This document shows positions 28,399-38,700 of a stretch of DNA of 64,000 bases, in pieces. This stretch comes from Anaerolineae bacterium (GTDB taxonomy: Bacteria; Chloroflexota; Anaerolineae; UBA1429): contig JAXGON010000003.1 of NCBI GenBank assembly GCA_040767425.1, positions 22,440 through 86,439 of the forward strand, read 5' to 3'. The number at the start of each line of letters is the position of its first letter. Within the stretch, counting starts at the first letter, position 1. The notes under the pieces are model-generated. The model worked only from the letters and a program-made list of their open reading frames with translations, ran no database searches and had not been told where the DNA came from. The translations under genes were made by a program, and so were the position numbers.

Positions 28399-29631
28399 AT
28401 GCTCGACCCCGCAGATGCCAACTATGACGAAGCGTCAGTGCCGGACTATAGCTTGCCAGACCCCTTGGTGCTGCCCGACGGCAGCTCTGTTTCCGATCCA
28501 GAGACCTGGCAACGCATCCGCCGGCCGCAGATCCTGGCGCTGTTCGAGGAACATGTCTACGGCCGATCGCCTGGGAGGCCCGACGGCCTGGCCTGGGAGG
28601 TGACCTCGCGCGACGCCAACGCGCTACAGGGCACCGCCACCCGCAAAGAGATCACCATCTGGTTCGCCGGTCGCCAGGGGCCCTCCATGAACCTGCTGCT
28701 CTATCTGCCAAACGGCCGCTCAGAGCCGCCGCCACTGTTCCTGGGCCTCAACTTTTACGGCAATCACTCGATCCATCCCGATCCCGGCATCCGGCTATCA
28801 GGGCGATGGATGCGCCCCAATCCCCAACTGGGTGTGGAGGGGCACCGCGCCACAGAGGCCTCGCGGGGAGCCGGCGCCCACGCCTGGGCGGTCGAGCGGA
28901 TCCTGGAGCGCGGCTATGGGCTAGCGACCGCCTACTATGGCGACCTGGACCCCGATTTCGATGACGGGTTCCAGAACGGGGTGCACGCTCTCTATCCCAC
29001 ACCAGCCGGCATGGACCGTCCGGGCGATGCCTGGGGCGCTATCGGCGCGTGGGCCTGGGGCCTGAGCCGCGCCATGGACTATTTGGAGACCGACGGCGAT
29101 GTGGATCCACGCCAGATCATCGTCATGGGCCATTCGCGCCTGGGCAAGACGGCCCTCTGGGCCGGCGCCCAGGACGAACGCTTTCGCCTGGTCATTTCTG
29201 TCCAGTCCGGTTGCGGCGGCGCCGCGCTCTCACGACGACGCATCGGCGAGACGGTAACGGCGATCAACGAGCGGTTCCCCCATTGGTTCTGCCGGAACTT
29301 CTCTCGGTACAATGGCCAGGAGGATGCGCTGCCCATCGACCAACACGAGCTCCTAGCGCTGATCGCTCCACGTGGCCTCTATGTCTCCAGCGCTGAGGAC
29401 GATGGCTGGTCCGATCCTCGAGGCGAGTTCCTGGGAGCTCTACATGCCGATCCGGTCTATCGGCTCCTAGGCACCGACGGCCTGGCCGCCCAGGAGATGC
29501 CCGGGCTCGAGCAACCCATCACCAGCACCATCGGGTACCACATCCGGCCGGGGCGGCATGCCGTAATGCCCTATGACTGGGAGCGCTATATGGACTGGGC
29601 CGATCTGCGGCTAGGACGGCCTGGCAGCTAG
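28399..29631 (+). CDS. Carbohydrate esterase family 15 (4-O-methyl-glucuronoyl methylesterase-like).
   Basis: GHSRLGK nucleophile motif, ..[10 protein letters not shown].. and catalytic His region, typical of bacterial CE15. ATG 28399 lies 6 nt after GAGGAGG; the tracked ORF starts 27 nt earlier. Confidence 0.7.
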   Translation: MLDPADANYDEASVPDYSLPDPLVLPDGSSVSDPETWQRIRRPQILALFEEHVYGRSPGRPDGLAWEVTSRDANALQGTATRKEITIWFAGRQGPSMNLLLYLPNGRSEPPPLFLGLNFYGNHSIHPDPGIRLSGRWMRPNPQLGVEGHRATEASRGAGAHAWAVERILERGYGLATAYYGDLDPDFDDGFQNGVHALYPTPAGMDRPGDAWGAIGAWAWGLSRAMDYLETDGDVDPRQIIVMGHSRLGKTALWAGAQDERFRLVISVQSGCGGAALSRRRIGETVTAINERFPHWFCRNFSRYNGQEDALPIDQHELLALIAPRGLYVSSAEDDGWSDPRGEFLGALHADPVYRLLGTDGLAAQEMPGLEQPITSTIGYHIRPGRHAVMPYDWERYMDWADLRLGRPGS

Positions 29632-29739
29632 GCAGAGCGGGCACCCTTGCCCGTCCCCCTCAATGCCCTATAATCGGACCCGCTGCAGCCCTGCGCGCAG
29701 CCGCAGCTCTCGTCATCGCTGGCACAAGGAGGCTGATCC

Positions 29740-30558
29740 GTGCTTCACCAACCGTTGCGTATTCTGGCGTTCGGCGCCCATCCCGACGATTGCGACATCC
29801 TGCTGGGCGGGATGGCCATCATGTGGGCGCGGCAGGGTCATCAGGTGACCTTTGTGTCGGCCACTAACGGCGACACAGGCCATCATCTCATGGGGGGCGG
29901 CCCGTTAGCGCGCCGACGCTATGCGGAAGCGCAGCGCTCAGCCGAGATCGCCGGCATTCGCTACCAGGTGTTAGATATCCACAACGGCCAGCTCATGCCC
30001 ACGCTGGAGAACCGCTGGCGTTTCGTCGAGATCATCCGCGAGGCCGATCCCGACCTCGTCGTGAGCCACCGGCCCAACGACTATCACCCTGATCACCGCT
30101 GCACCGGCCAGCTGGTTCAGGACGCCGCCTACACGGTGACCATCCCCAACGTGGCCGCGCTGACGCCGCACCTGATGACCAACCCGATCTTTGCTTGCTT
30201 CTCCGATCGGTTCCAACGCCCCTACCCGTTCCAGGCCGATGTGATCGTCGACATTGACGAGGTGATGCCCACCAAGCTAGAGATGCTGCACTGTCACACA
30301 TCCCAGTTCTACGAATGGCTGCCCTACAACCTGGGACGGCTGGATCAGGTGCCCGAGGGGGCAGACGAGCGCAAGGCCTGGGTCAACGAGCTATGGGGAG
30401 CCCGCAGCCGCGACCTAGCGGACGCCCACCGCGATGCCCTCATCAGCCGCTATGGCGTCGACCGTGGCCAGGCCGTACGCAACGCCGAGGCGATCGAGAT
30501 CTCCGAGTATGGCGCGCAACCCACGCCGGAGGAGCTGGCGACGCTCTTTCCGTTCTAG
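29740..30558 (+). CDS. PIG-L/LmbE family N-acetylglucosaminyl deacetylase.
   Basis: LRILAFGAHPDDCDILLGG.. (AHPDD motif), HxxH later. GTG start after AAGGAGG (29726-29732). Promoter-like TTGCCC-N16-TATAAT upstream (about 29656-29684). Confidence 0.8.
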   Translation: MLHQPLRILAFGAHPDDCDILLGGMAIMWARQGHQVTFVSATNGDTGHHLMGGGPLARRRYAEAQRSAEIAGIRYQVLDIHNGQLMPTLENRWRFVEIIREADPDLVVSHRPNDYHPDHRCTGQLVQDAAYTVTIPNVAALTPHLMTNPIFACFSDRFQRPYPFQADVIVDIDEVMPTKLEMLHCHTSQFYEWLPYNLGRLDQVPEGADERKAWVNELWGARSRDLADAHRDALISRYGVDRGQAVRNAEAIEISEYGAQPTPEELATLFPF

Positions 30559-30606
30559 CCCCAACCAGGGGGCCGCGCACCGCGTGCGGCTATCGACGAT
30601 ACCAGC

Positions 30607-30630
30607 GGGGGCAGCCTTCAGGCTGCCCCC
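30607..30630. terminator. GC-rich perfect hairpin between convergent genes (bidirectional terminator candidate).
   Basis: GGGGGCAGCC-TTCA-GGCTGCCCCC (10-bp stem, 4-nt loop) followed by a T-rich GTTCGCACTGTTGG. Confidence 0.55.
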
Positions 30631-30729
30631 GTTCGCACTGTTGGGTAGGGTCCACCGTGTAGCCGAGACCGCCAGTGAACCACTTTTCAGCAGACGCCCC
30701 CAAACGCTCCCGAACAGCCCATCGCGTCG

Positions 30730-31866
30730 CTACGCGTCGCCAAACACCCGCTTGATCGCCTCCAGATACCCCATGCCCTCGTCGGCATCGGGCTCCAGAT
30801 AGCTGCCCTCGGTCCATTCGTTCCAGGCATTCAGCGAGACGATGCCGGGCAGTTCTGGGTGCTTGTCCAGAAACGCCCGCGCCCGCCGCAAGGCCTCCTC
30901 AAAGCGCGCTGGCGTGTTGCCCGTCATCGCCGGCATAAACGGGTATCCACTGTTCAGGTAGACGTCCGACTGGATGGTACGCGGACTGGCGTCCCAGCCC
31001 ATGGTGACGTTGGGATGGAACGGCTGGGGATAGCGCGCCACCGTCGCTTCCCAGTGGGCTGCGGCGGCTTCCATCACCCGTGCATAGGACGTCTCCGGAA
31101 AGCTATCTAGCTGGACGTGGTGGATCCACACGTACGACCCGATGCTATCGAACCCCAGGTAGCGGACCATCTCGACAGGGTCGGTCACCTTGGTCTCGCT
31201 AGGGAGCACCCGCACGCTCCAGAGCACCACGTTGAGCTCTAGCCCGGGAAAGCCAGCGGCCACCGTCTTGGCGCGAAAAGCCTGCAGCGCCTCGCGCGCT
31301 GGCTCCAAGCCGCCCATCCCCTCCACGAACTTGCCCAGATCATAGATGGAAAAGTAAGGCCGGCCGTCCACGCACCAGTAGCTGGGATGCGCAAAGTAGC
31401 GCTCTACCACCAGGTCGGTGATGGCATCAAACGTCTGGGGCGTCACGGCTCCAGGGAACTGGAGGTCGCGCCCGATCTGCAGGCCACAGGGATGAATGTT
31501 GATCCAATCATGGTTGGCCCACATCAGCCCAAAGCGCATGCGCTCGGCGTTGGGGGCCGCCATGAACCCCTCCTCCAGGCAACGCTGCAGATAAGGGCCA
31601 TCATCGTAATAGTACCAGTCAAAGATCCAGGCATCGACGCCATGGTCGGCAGCCGCATCGATCTTTTTTGCCATCACGGCCGGATCGGCCTCGTCCTCGT
31701 AGCCCCACGCCGGCACCCTCGGCTGTCGGTGCCCGCGCCACCGCGGGCGCGCCCGCTTGATCAGCTCCCACTCGGTCCAGCCTGGGCCATGGGCCGCCTC
31801 ATTACGTGGATCCACATGATAGTTGGGGAAATAGTAACAGGCGACCGTGTAGCGTCCCACTGCCAA
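30730..31866 (-). CDS. Glyco_tran_WbsX / GH99-like family protein (polysaccharide-processing).
   Basis: N-terminus ..ACYYFPNYHVDPRNEAAHGPGWTEWELIKRARPRW.. matches the WbsX/GH99-like hallmark (YY-P-hH....G.G.TEW). Confidence 0.65.
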   Translation of the reverse strand: MAVGRYTVACYYFPNYHVDPRNEAAHGPGWTEWELIKRARPRWRGHRQPRVPAWGYEDEADPAVMAKKIDAAADHGVDAWIFDWYYYDDGPYLQRCLEEGFMAAPNAERMRFGLMWANHDWINIHPCGLQIGRDLQFPGAVTPQTFDAITDLVVERYFAHPSYWCVDGRPYFSIYDLGKFVEGMGGLEPAREALQAFRAKTVAAGFPGLELNVVLWSVRVLPSETKVTDPVEMVRYLGFDSIGSYVWIHHVQLDSFPETSYARVMEAAAAHWEATVARYPQPFHPNVTMGWDASPRTIQSDVYLNSGYPFMPAMTGNTPARFEEALRRARAFLDKHPELPGIVSLNAWNEWTEGSYLEPDADEGMGYLEAIKRVFGDA

Positions 31867-32260
31867 ACCTCCTCAGTCCTCGTCATAGTCCGGATTGTAG
31901 ATAGCGCCGCCACCGTCAGCATAGGCTCGCAGGGCGGCCACGATGCGCCGTCCCACGCCTGCCTCCCTCTGAACATCACTACGTTGACTCTACCGCAGAA
32001 TCACCCGCCACTCAAGCAAAGATCGGTCGCGCTAGCCCTTATCAAAGACGCCCCTCTGTGCTATAATAAAGTCGACGGGTACTGCTGGAGACGCACCTGT
32101 CGCGCGCGCATCCAGCTCGGAACCGCGCGTCGGGCATGGCGCTCGCAACGTCGCCTCATCATCCTCTCAATGCCGCTCCACCGCACCATGCCATCTCTCG
32201 CTCGGGAGCCGTGCGCTCGCCAACCGATGCGGCTCTGGCCTCAATGAGGAGGAGGGTGCC

Positions 32261-32908
32261 ATGGCAATCATCACCATGTCGCGGCAGGTGGGATCGCGCG
32301 CGTCAGAGCTCACTAACCGTCTGTGCGACGAGCTGGGCCTTGTCGCGTTCGACAAGGCCCTCATGGCCAAAGTCGCCACCGATGTCGGCCTCGGCCAGCA
32401 GGAGGTGGTGGACTATTCCGAGGACGAGTACGAGAAGCGGGGCTTTTTCGAGGCGCTCTTTCGTCGGCCGCGGGCGCTTGGCGAGGTATCCATGTGGGTG
32501 GACTCACAGACCCGCACCGTGCGCCAGCTGGACGAAGAGGACGCCATCGGGCTGATCCGCAGCACGATGAATGCGGCCTACAAGCGCGGCAATGTGCTCA
32601 TCGTAGGGCGCGGTGGCCAGGCCATCCTCGAGAACCGTCCAGGTGTGCTGCATCTGCGGATCGTGGCGCCCTTTGAGGACCGCGTCCTGCAGATCCAGGC
32701 CAGCGAGAGCTTGACGGCAGCCCAGGCCCGTCGCCTGATAGAGGAGCGGGATGCGGCTCAGCGCGAGTATCTGCGTATGTTCCACCATATCGATGTCGAC
32801 GATGCCACGCTGTACCATATGGTGCTGAACACGGGCAAGTTGACGCTCGACCAGTGCGTCGCGCTGATCAAGGAGGCAGTCCAGGGGCTCCCGAGCGCCA
32901 CCGCCTAG
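32261..32908 (+). CDS. Cytidylate kinase-like family protein (P-loop NTPase, Cytidylate_kin2-type).
   Basis: MAIITMSRQVGSRASELTNRLCDELGL.. is the typical start of this family. An extended -10 TGCTATAAT lies about 200 nt upstream (about 32063). Confidence 0.65.
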   Translation: MAIITMSRQVGSRASELTNRLCDELGLVAFDKALMAKVATDVGLGQQEVVDYSEDEYEKRGFFEALFRRPRALGEVSMWVDSQTRTVRQLDEEDAIGLIRSTMNAAYKRGNVLIVGRGGQAILENRPGVLHLRIVAPFEDRVLQIQASESLTAAQARRLIEERDAAQREYLRMFHHIDVDDATLYHMVLNTGKLTLDQCVALIKEAVQGLPSATA

Positions 32909-33004
32909 GCTCAGCAGCGACCCGTAGGGGTCAAAAGCGCAAACTAAAAAAGGCGGGTCCCGCGCCATAGCTGGCGGGCCCCGTTCGTGGCGCGTCAGCC
33001 ATCG

Positions 33005-34072
33005 CTAGCCAGCGTCCATCTGCTCCTGCGCGACGCGATCGGGGCACGCTTGGGGCTTGGCCGCGTCTTTGCCAATCGGCCCAGTCGCGCCGCCAGCGTT
33101 CTCAGCCACATCCTGCAACAGCAAGGCCCGCCCCACCCAGGGAGTAGACCCTAGAGGCAGCTCTCGCGAGCGAATGATACGCGAGCCGTCGGCCAAGGTC
33201 AGCGTCACCGCGCCGTCAACGCCCACGGAGGCCAGCGGAGCCAGCGGCCCGGTCAAGACCTTGTCCGCCGGGCGCCCCACCGCCTGCCACACGCCGTACT
33301 CGGCCAGGAGGAGCAGCGCGGGGGCATTGGCGTCCGTCACCCGATTGCGGCCATCCAGCGCCAGCACGGCGTCATCGGCCTCACCCCCCAGGGCCTGAGC
33401 CGAGAGCCCGCTCATCTCGCGGGCCGGCTGCAGGTAGAGCACCTGCAGCAGCAGAGCGCTGCATCCCGCGGCCGCCAGAGGCAGCAATGACACGGCCCAG
33501 CCGCCACCAATCCAGGAACTCGCCAAGCTGATGCCGCCCGCCAGAACACCGGTGAGCATCAGCACCCAGATCACTTCAGGCCGCCACGCCCTGATGGGCT
33601 GCCCGTCGCGGAGCAACGCCGCGCCGCCAGCCATCACCAGCAGCACACTGTAGCTGGCGTACACCCATAGCCACAAGCCCGGTGAGCCGTCCGACGTCCA
33701 GAGCAAGACATGCTGAGATCCGCTAGCGGCCAGGAGCGCGGTGAGCACGGGGAGGACCATCAGCCTAGCCAGGACACAGGTGGAGGGGCGCTGGCCCATA
33801 GAGACCAGCGAGACCGTCAGGCCGTACCAAGCCACCGGCACGGCCGCGGAGACGAGATAACGGGCGGCCCAGAGCCACGGGGCCGATCGCAAGGCGGGGA
33901 GCCAGCTCGCCATGAGGGTGCATCCAGCGGCGACGGCAGTCGTGGCGCTAACCATCCCCAGTGACGTTGCGCCGGTCGCCGGGTGTCGACGAAAGGCGCC
34001 TACGGCCACAGCGAACCCGCCCACCATGCCCAATAGCAGCACAAAGCTTGGCCAATACAGCGTTGCGTTCAC
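33005..34072 (-). CDS. Polytopic membrane protein with 7TM-like sensor N-domain and PAS-like C-terminal segment (possible truncated sensor).
   Basis: About 7-8 TM helices, then ..DAVLALDGRNRVTDANAPALLLLAEYG.. (PAS-like), with no kinase core. An A-tract plus imperfect hairpin lies downstream (about 32945-32990). Confidence 0.45.
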   Translation of the reverse strand: MNATLYWPSFVLLLGMVGGFAVAVGAFRRHPATGATSLGMVSATTAVAAGCTLMASWLPALRSAPWLWAARYLVSAAVPVAWYGLTVSLVSMGQRPSTCVLARLMVLPVLTALLAASGSQHVLLWTSDGSPGLWLWVYASYSVLLVMAGGAALLRDGQPIRAWRPEVIWVLMLTGVLAGGISLASSWIGGGWAVSLLPLAAAGCSALLLQVLYLQPAREMSGLSAQALGGEADDAVLALDGRNRVTDANAPALLLLAEYGVWQAVGRPADKVLTGPLAPLASVGVDGAVTLTLADGSRIIRSRELPLGSTPWVGRALLLQDVAENAGGATGPIGKDAAKPQACPDRVAQEQMDAG

Positions 34073-34318
34073 GTCTGCTACGCTCCCGTTTGGTGAAACA
34101 CCGAATTCGGGAACTCGCCACCCGCCGCTCCGCTATCGGTAGGCGCGCCCCTTTCGCGCTCTGATAGATCCATTGTAGCAGGGTTATGCTGGCCCGCCGT
34201 CGAACTGGCGTGAATATCGCGTCTCGTTAGGCGGCTGCCCGCGAGGCCGGCGGCTCGTTTTTTGCCTGAGCGCCAGCTTGCATATAATGGTCCGAGCGGC
34301 AGCTATGGAAGGGGAAGC

Positions 34319-35755
34319 ATGGCTTACGAGGCCGTCATCGGCATGGAGGTCCACGCCCAGATCCTCACAGGTAGCAAGATGTTTTGCGCCTGCTCGGCGG
34401 ACTATGCCGGAGCCCCACCCAACGCCCACACCTGTCCCACCTGCCTCGGCATGCCCGGGGCCCTGCCCACCGCCAACAAAGCTGCCGTCGAGGCCACCAT
34501 CCGCACCGGCCTGGCTTTGGGCTGTGAGATTCCGCCCTATTCCAAGTTCGACCGCAAGAACTATCCTTATCCCGACCTGCCCAAGGGCTACCAGATATCC
34601 CAGTACGACCTGCCGCTATGCCGCGCCGGTCGCCTGGAGGTTGAGACCGAGGCGGGCCGCCGCTCGGTGCGCATCCGTCGCGTTCACCTCGAAGAGGATA
34701 CCGCCAAGCTTATCCATCGGCCCGATGCCACCCTCATCGACTATAATCGGGCGGGCGTCCCGCTGATGGAGATCGTCACCGAAGCCGATATCCGCACCGC
34801 CGACGAGGCCTGGCAGTATCTGCTCTCACTACGCCGGATTCTGCGCTACCTGGGCGTCTGCACCGGTAACATGGAAGACGGCGCCATGCGCTGCGAGGCC
34901 AACGTCTCCGTGATGCCCGCCGGCTCGGACGCGTTAGGGACCAAGGTCGAGGTCAAGAACCTGAACTCGTTTCGGTCGGTGCGCCAGGCCATCGCTTACG
35001 AGATCGAGCGCCAGGTCGGCGTGCTCGAGAGCGGCGGCGCGGTGCAGCAAGTCACCATGGGCTGGGATGAGGAGAACCATCGCACCGTCTTCCAGCGCTC
35101 CAAAGAGTTCGCTGAGGACTATCGTTACTTTCCCGAGCCTGACCTTCCGCCCATGGTCCACGACCCGGCCTGGATCGAAAGGCTTCGAGCCAGCGTACCA
35201 GAGCTGCCCGAGGCTGTGGCGGCACGTTTCGCCTCTGCCGGCATGCGGCTGGAGGACGCCCGGCTGCTGGCAGACGACCGCGCAGTGGCCGAGTACGTCG
35301 ATGCCGCCCTCGCCGTCGGGCGAGAGCGCGAGATCGACGCCGCTACTATCGCCAACTGGGTCACCGGCGAGCTGTTTCGCTGGTTGTCCGAAGGTACCCA
35401 TGACATCGCGACGATGCCAGTCTCGCCCCAGAGCCTGGTAAGCTGCATCGCCCTGGTGCAGAGAGGCATCATCAGCCAGGGCGTCGGCAAAGAGGTGTTG
35501 GCAGAGATGCTAGACACCGGTCGCGAGGCGGCCCAGATCGTTGAGGCGCGTGGACTGCGCCAGATCAGCGACAAGGACGCCCTCCTGGAGGCGGTTCAAG
35601 GCGTCATCGCCGAGAACCCCGGCCCCGCCGATGACTATCGGAGAGGCAAGGAGGCTGCGCTGAACTTTCTCATGGGCCAAGTCATGCGTGCCACTCGCGG
35701 CCAGGCCAATGCCGGCTTGGTTCGCCAGTTGCTCCGTTCCGAGCTAGACCGCTAG
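34319..35755 (+). CDS. gatB: Asp-tRNA(Asn)/Glu-tRNA(Gln) amidotransferase subunit B.
   Basis: [38 protein letters not shown].. is the canonical GatB N-terminus; C-terminal GatB/YqeY domain. ATG 34319 after GGAAGGGGAAG. -10 TATAAT at 34283-34288. Confidence 0.9.
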   Translation: MAYEAVIGMEVHAQILTGSKMFCACSADYAGAPPNAHTCPTCLGMPGALPTANKAAVEATIRTGLALGCEIPPYSKFDRKNYPYPDLPKGYQISQYDLPLCRAGRLEVETEAGRRSVRIRRVHLEEDTAKLIHRPDATLIDYNRAGVPLMEIVTEADIRTADEAWQYLLSLRRILRYLGVCTGNMEDGAMRCEANVSVMPAGSDALGTKVEVKNLNSFRSVRQAIAYEIERQVGVLESGGAVQQVTMGWDEENHRTVFQRSKEFAEDYRYFPEPDLPPMVHDPAWIERLRASVPELPEAVAARFASAGMRLEDARLLADDRAVAEYVDAALAVGREREIDAATIANWVTGELFRWLSEGTHDIATMPVSPQSLVSCIALVQRGIISQGVGKEVLAEMLDTGREAAQIVEARGLRQISDKDALLEAVQGVIAENPGPADDYRRGKEAALNFLMGQVMRATRGQANAGLVRQLLRSELDR

Positions 35756-35845
35756 ACCCGTACGCCCAGCGGCGGACAATGGCGCCCCCGCAATCAACAT
35801 TTGGCGCCCCATAGGGCGCCCCAAGTCCAACGTGAAGGGGGAACT

Positions 35846-37096
35846 ATGTCCGACGCGAGATCCATCTTTGACATCGCCGTCCAGCAGTACCGGCAAGCCG
35901 CCGCCTACCTAGATCTCGACCCTGGGATCCAAGAGATGCTGGCCACCTGCGCGCGCGAAGTCACCGTACGGTTCCCGGTGCGCATGGACGACGGTAGCGT
36001 CCGCGTGTTTGAGGGCTACCGCGTGCAGCACAATAGCGCGCTGGGGCCCACCAAGGGCGGGCTACGCTTCCATCCCGATGTCACGCTGGCCGAGGTCAAG
36101 GCCCTGGCTATGTGGATGACTTGGAAGACCTCCGTGGCAGGCCTGCCGTACGGCGGCGCCAAGGGCGGTGTCATCTGCGATCCCAAGACGCTTTCCAAAG
36201 GCGAGCTAGAACGACTATCGCGACGCTTTGGTCGCGCGATCGCGCCGGTAATTGGCCCTTGGGTCGATGTGCCCGCGCCCGATGTGAACACCAATCCGCA
36301 GACCATGGCGTGGATCCTCAGCGCCTACGAGTCAGTGTCAGGGGCGCACTCGCCGGCCGTGATTACCGGCAAGCCCATCGAGCTCGGTGGTTCCGAGGGG
36401 CGCGCCGAGGCCACGGGGCGAGGCGTCATGTTCTGCACCATCGAGGCCTGCCATGCGCGCGGGATCGCCGTCGAGGGCGCCCGTATGGTCGTCCAGGGCT
36501 ATGGAAACGCTGGCTCGGTGAGCGCCTACCTCTTGCAGGAACGCGGAGCCAAGCTGGTGGCGGCCAGCGATACCCGCGGCGCCGTCTATAACCCCGATGG
36601 CATCGACGCTCGCGAGCTCCTGGCGCACAAGTGCGCCACGGGATCGGTGGTAGGGTACCCAGGCACGCGTCAGATCGACGAGTCCGAGCTGCTGCACCTG
36701 CCGTGCGAGATCCTGATCCCCGCTGCGCTAGAGGGCGTCCTCACGGCCAAGACCGCCGCCGGCGTCCAGGCCCGCGTGATAGTGGAAGCCGCCAACGGCC
36801 CGACCACTCCCGAAGCGGACGCCATCCTTGAGGAAAATGGCGTGCTGGTGATTCCGGACATCCTGGCCAACTCGGGCGGGGTGATCGTCTCCTACTTTGA
36901 GTGGGTTCAGAATCTGCAGGGTGAGATGTGGACCGAGACCGAGGTCAACCGTCGGTTGGAGAGCCAGATCACGACGGCCTTCCAGGACGTACTGCGAATC
37001 TCGACCGAGCGCAAGGTGAGCACGCGCGTGGCGGCCTATATCAAGGCGATCTCGCGGGTGGCCAAGGCCGTGGCCATGCGTGGCACCGAAGGCTAG
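35846..37096 (+). CDS. gdhA: Glutamate dehydrogenase (Glu/Leu/Phe/Val dehydrogenase family).
   Basis: ..GPTKGGLRFHPDVTLAEVKALAMWMTWKTSVAGLPYGGAKGG.. (GDH signature with catalytic Lys); Rossmann GYGNAG. ATG 35846 after GAAGGGGGAA. Confidence 0.9.
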   Translation: MSDARSIFDIAVQQYRQAAAYLDLDPGIQEMLATCAREVTVRFPVRMDDGSVRVFEGYRVQHNSALGPTKGGLRFHPDVTLAEVKALAMWMTWKTSVAGLPYGGAKGGVICDPKTLSKGELERLSRRFGRAIAPVIGPWVDVPAPDVNTNPQTMAWILSAYESVSGAHSPAVITGKPIELGGSEGRAEATGRGVMFCTIEACHARGIAVEGARMVVQGYGNAGSVSAYLLQERGAKLVAASDTRGAVYNPDGIDARELLAHKCATGSVVGYPGTRQIDESELLHLPCEILIPAALEGVLTAKTAAGVQARVIVEAANGPTTPEADAILEENGVLVIPDILANSGGVIVSYFEWVQNLQGEMWTETEVNRRLESQITTAFQDVLRISTERKVSTRVAAYIKAISRVAKAVAMRGTEG

Positions 37097-37177
37097 GTGC
37101 CGAGACAACCCCACCGCGCAATGACCAGGGCGGGGGTCACCAAAGTGACCCTCGCCCCAACACAAAGGAGTGAACCG

Positions 37178-37951
37178 ATGCGAACCCCCATCCTGGCTGG
37201 CAACTGGAAGATGCACAAGACGGCCGCCGAGGCCGCCGCGCTGGTGGCCGAGTCCAAAGAGGCCTTGCTGGCCGTAGACACGGTCGACCGCGTGTTCTGC
37301 CCGTCCTACCTGGCCATCCCAAAGGTGGCCGAGCTGGTCGCGGGCACGCCGCTGGGCGTCGGCGCGCAGAACCTCTACTGGGAGGAAAGCGGCGCCTACA
37401 CCGGCGAGGTTGCCCCCGCCATGGTGGCCGAGTTCTGCGACTATGTCATCATCGGGCACTCGGAGCGGCGCGCGTATTTCGGTGAGACCGACGAGACCGT
37501 CAACAAAAAGATCGTCGCCGCGCTCAAGCATGGTCTGATTCCCATCGTCTGTGTGGGCGAGACGCTAGAGCTACGTGAGGCGGGCAAGACCGAGTCTTGG
37601 GTAGCGGGGCAGGTCCGCGCGGCCCTAAAGGGGCTCACCGCCGCGCAGGTGGCGGGCCTAGTGATCGCTTACGAGCCGATTTGGGCCATCGGCACCGGCT
37701 TGGCCGCCACCGCTGAAGAGGCCGAGCGCGTCATCGGCGAGGTGGTGCGCACGACGGTGCGTGAGCTTTATGGTGATGCCACCGCCGAGGCCGTCCGCAT
37801 CCAGTACGGCGGCTCGGTCAAGCCCGATAATGCCCTGGAGCTGATGGGCAAGCCCAACATCGACGGCGCCCTCATCGGCGGCGCCAGCCTCAAGGCGGCC
37901 GATTTCGTGGCTATCGTCCAGGCCGCGGCCGAGGCCAAGGGGCTGGTGTAA
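37178..37951 (+). CDS. tpiA: Triosephosphate isomerase.
   Basis: [15 protein letters not shown].., ..IGHSERR.., ..[10 protein letters not shown].. are all canonical TIM motifs. RBS AAAGGAG at 37164-37170. Confidence 0.9.
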   Translation: MRTPILAGNWKMHKTAAEAAALVAESKEALLAVDTVDRVFCPSYLAIPKVAELVAGTPLGVGAQNLYWEESGAYTGEVAPAMVAEFCDYVIIGHSERRAYFGETDETVNKKIVAALKHGLIPIVCVGETLELREAGKTESWVAGQVRAALKGLTAAQVAGLVIAYEPIWAIGTGLAATAEEAERVIGEVVRTTVRELYGDATAEAVRIQYGGSVKPDNALELMGKPNIDGALIGGASLKAADFVAIVQAAAEAKGLV

Positions 37952-37959
37952 GCGCGGAT

Positions 37960-38568
37960 ATGCCGAACAACGACGACACCGCCACCCGCCCGTCAAAGGG
38001 CGCGGCCTGGCATGGCAGCATGGTCGCCATCCTGGTGGCGCGTGGTGAGACCGACCCCCTCTCGGCGGATCCGCTCACGTCATCGCTGACCGTAGCAGGG
38101 CGCGCGCAGGCCAACCGCGCCGCGCAGGCGTTGGCCGGACTGCCGATCGACCTGCTGTGCGCCGCCAGCGACATCGCCAGCGCCGAGGCCGCCGACATCC
38201 TGGCCGCTGCCACGCAGCCCAAGGAACGGTGGGATCTGGCGGACCTGGAAACGCTCAACCGCGACGACCTGGCGCTTGAGCCCACCGGCTCGCCGATGCC
38301 CGCCCGCTGGTCGCCCGATCAGTGGCGCTTTGGGTTGGAGCGTCTGTGGGTGCGGATTACGCCCGCCTGGACGAGGATCGCCATCTATGCCGAGACCCAA
38401 GGCCTGACCCGCGTCCTGGTGGTAGCTGATCCGCTGGTGTTGACGCTACTCCTACAGAGCTGGCAGGGGCGCGATTGGCGCGCGTTGGACGAGGGCGGCG
38501 CGGTCTCTCCTGGCGATCTACTGCGGGTCGTCCTGGACGGGGCATCGGTGGTAATCCAATCTCTATGA
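37960..38568 (+). CDS. Histidine-phosphatase-superfamily-like protein (SixA/PGAM-like fold) with a non-canonical active-site motif.
   Basis: ..MVAILVARGETD..LT..G..QA.. aligns to the RHGE motif region of SixA-like phosphatases but reads A-R-G instead of R-H-G. About 200 aa, the size of SixA. Confidence 0.4.
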   Translation: MPNNDDTATRPSKGAAWHGSMVAILVARGETDPLSADPLTSSLTVAGRAQANRAAQALAGLPIDLLCAASDIASAEAADILAAATQPKERWDLADLETLNRDDLALEPTGSPMPARWSPDQWRFGLERLWVRITPAWTRIAIYAETQGLTRVLVVADPLVLTLLLQSWQGRDWRALDEGGAVSPGDLLRVVLDGASVVIQSL

Positions 38569-38588
38569 GCTATTCCTGGATATAGCAC

Positions 38589-38626
38589 CAGGGGCGCGGC
38601 ATACCGTGCCCCTGTTAGTTCTTTTT
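38589..38626 (+). terminator. Rho-independent terminator downstream of the 37960-38568 gene.
   Basis: CAGGGGC (38589-38595) ... GCCCCTG (38608-38614) stem, followed by TTAGTTCTTTTT. Confidence 0.6.
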
Positions 38627-38700
38627 GGATACCTGTCGGGCATGGACGCCCAGCCCCACCGCGCGGTATGGAAACCGCGCCTACCGGACCAACCTCCCCC

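Noticed and set aside
32945-32990. A-tract plus imperfect hairpin between the convergent 32261 and 33005 genes
   Set aside because: The stem is short and imperfect (about 5-6 bp), too weak to call a terminator with confidence.
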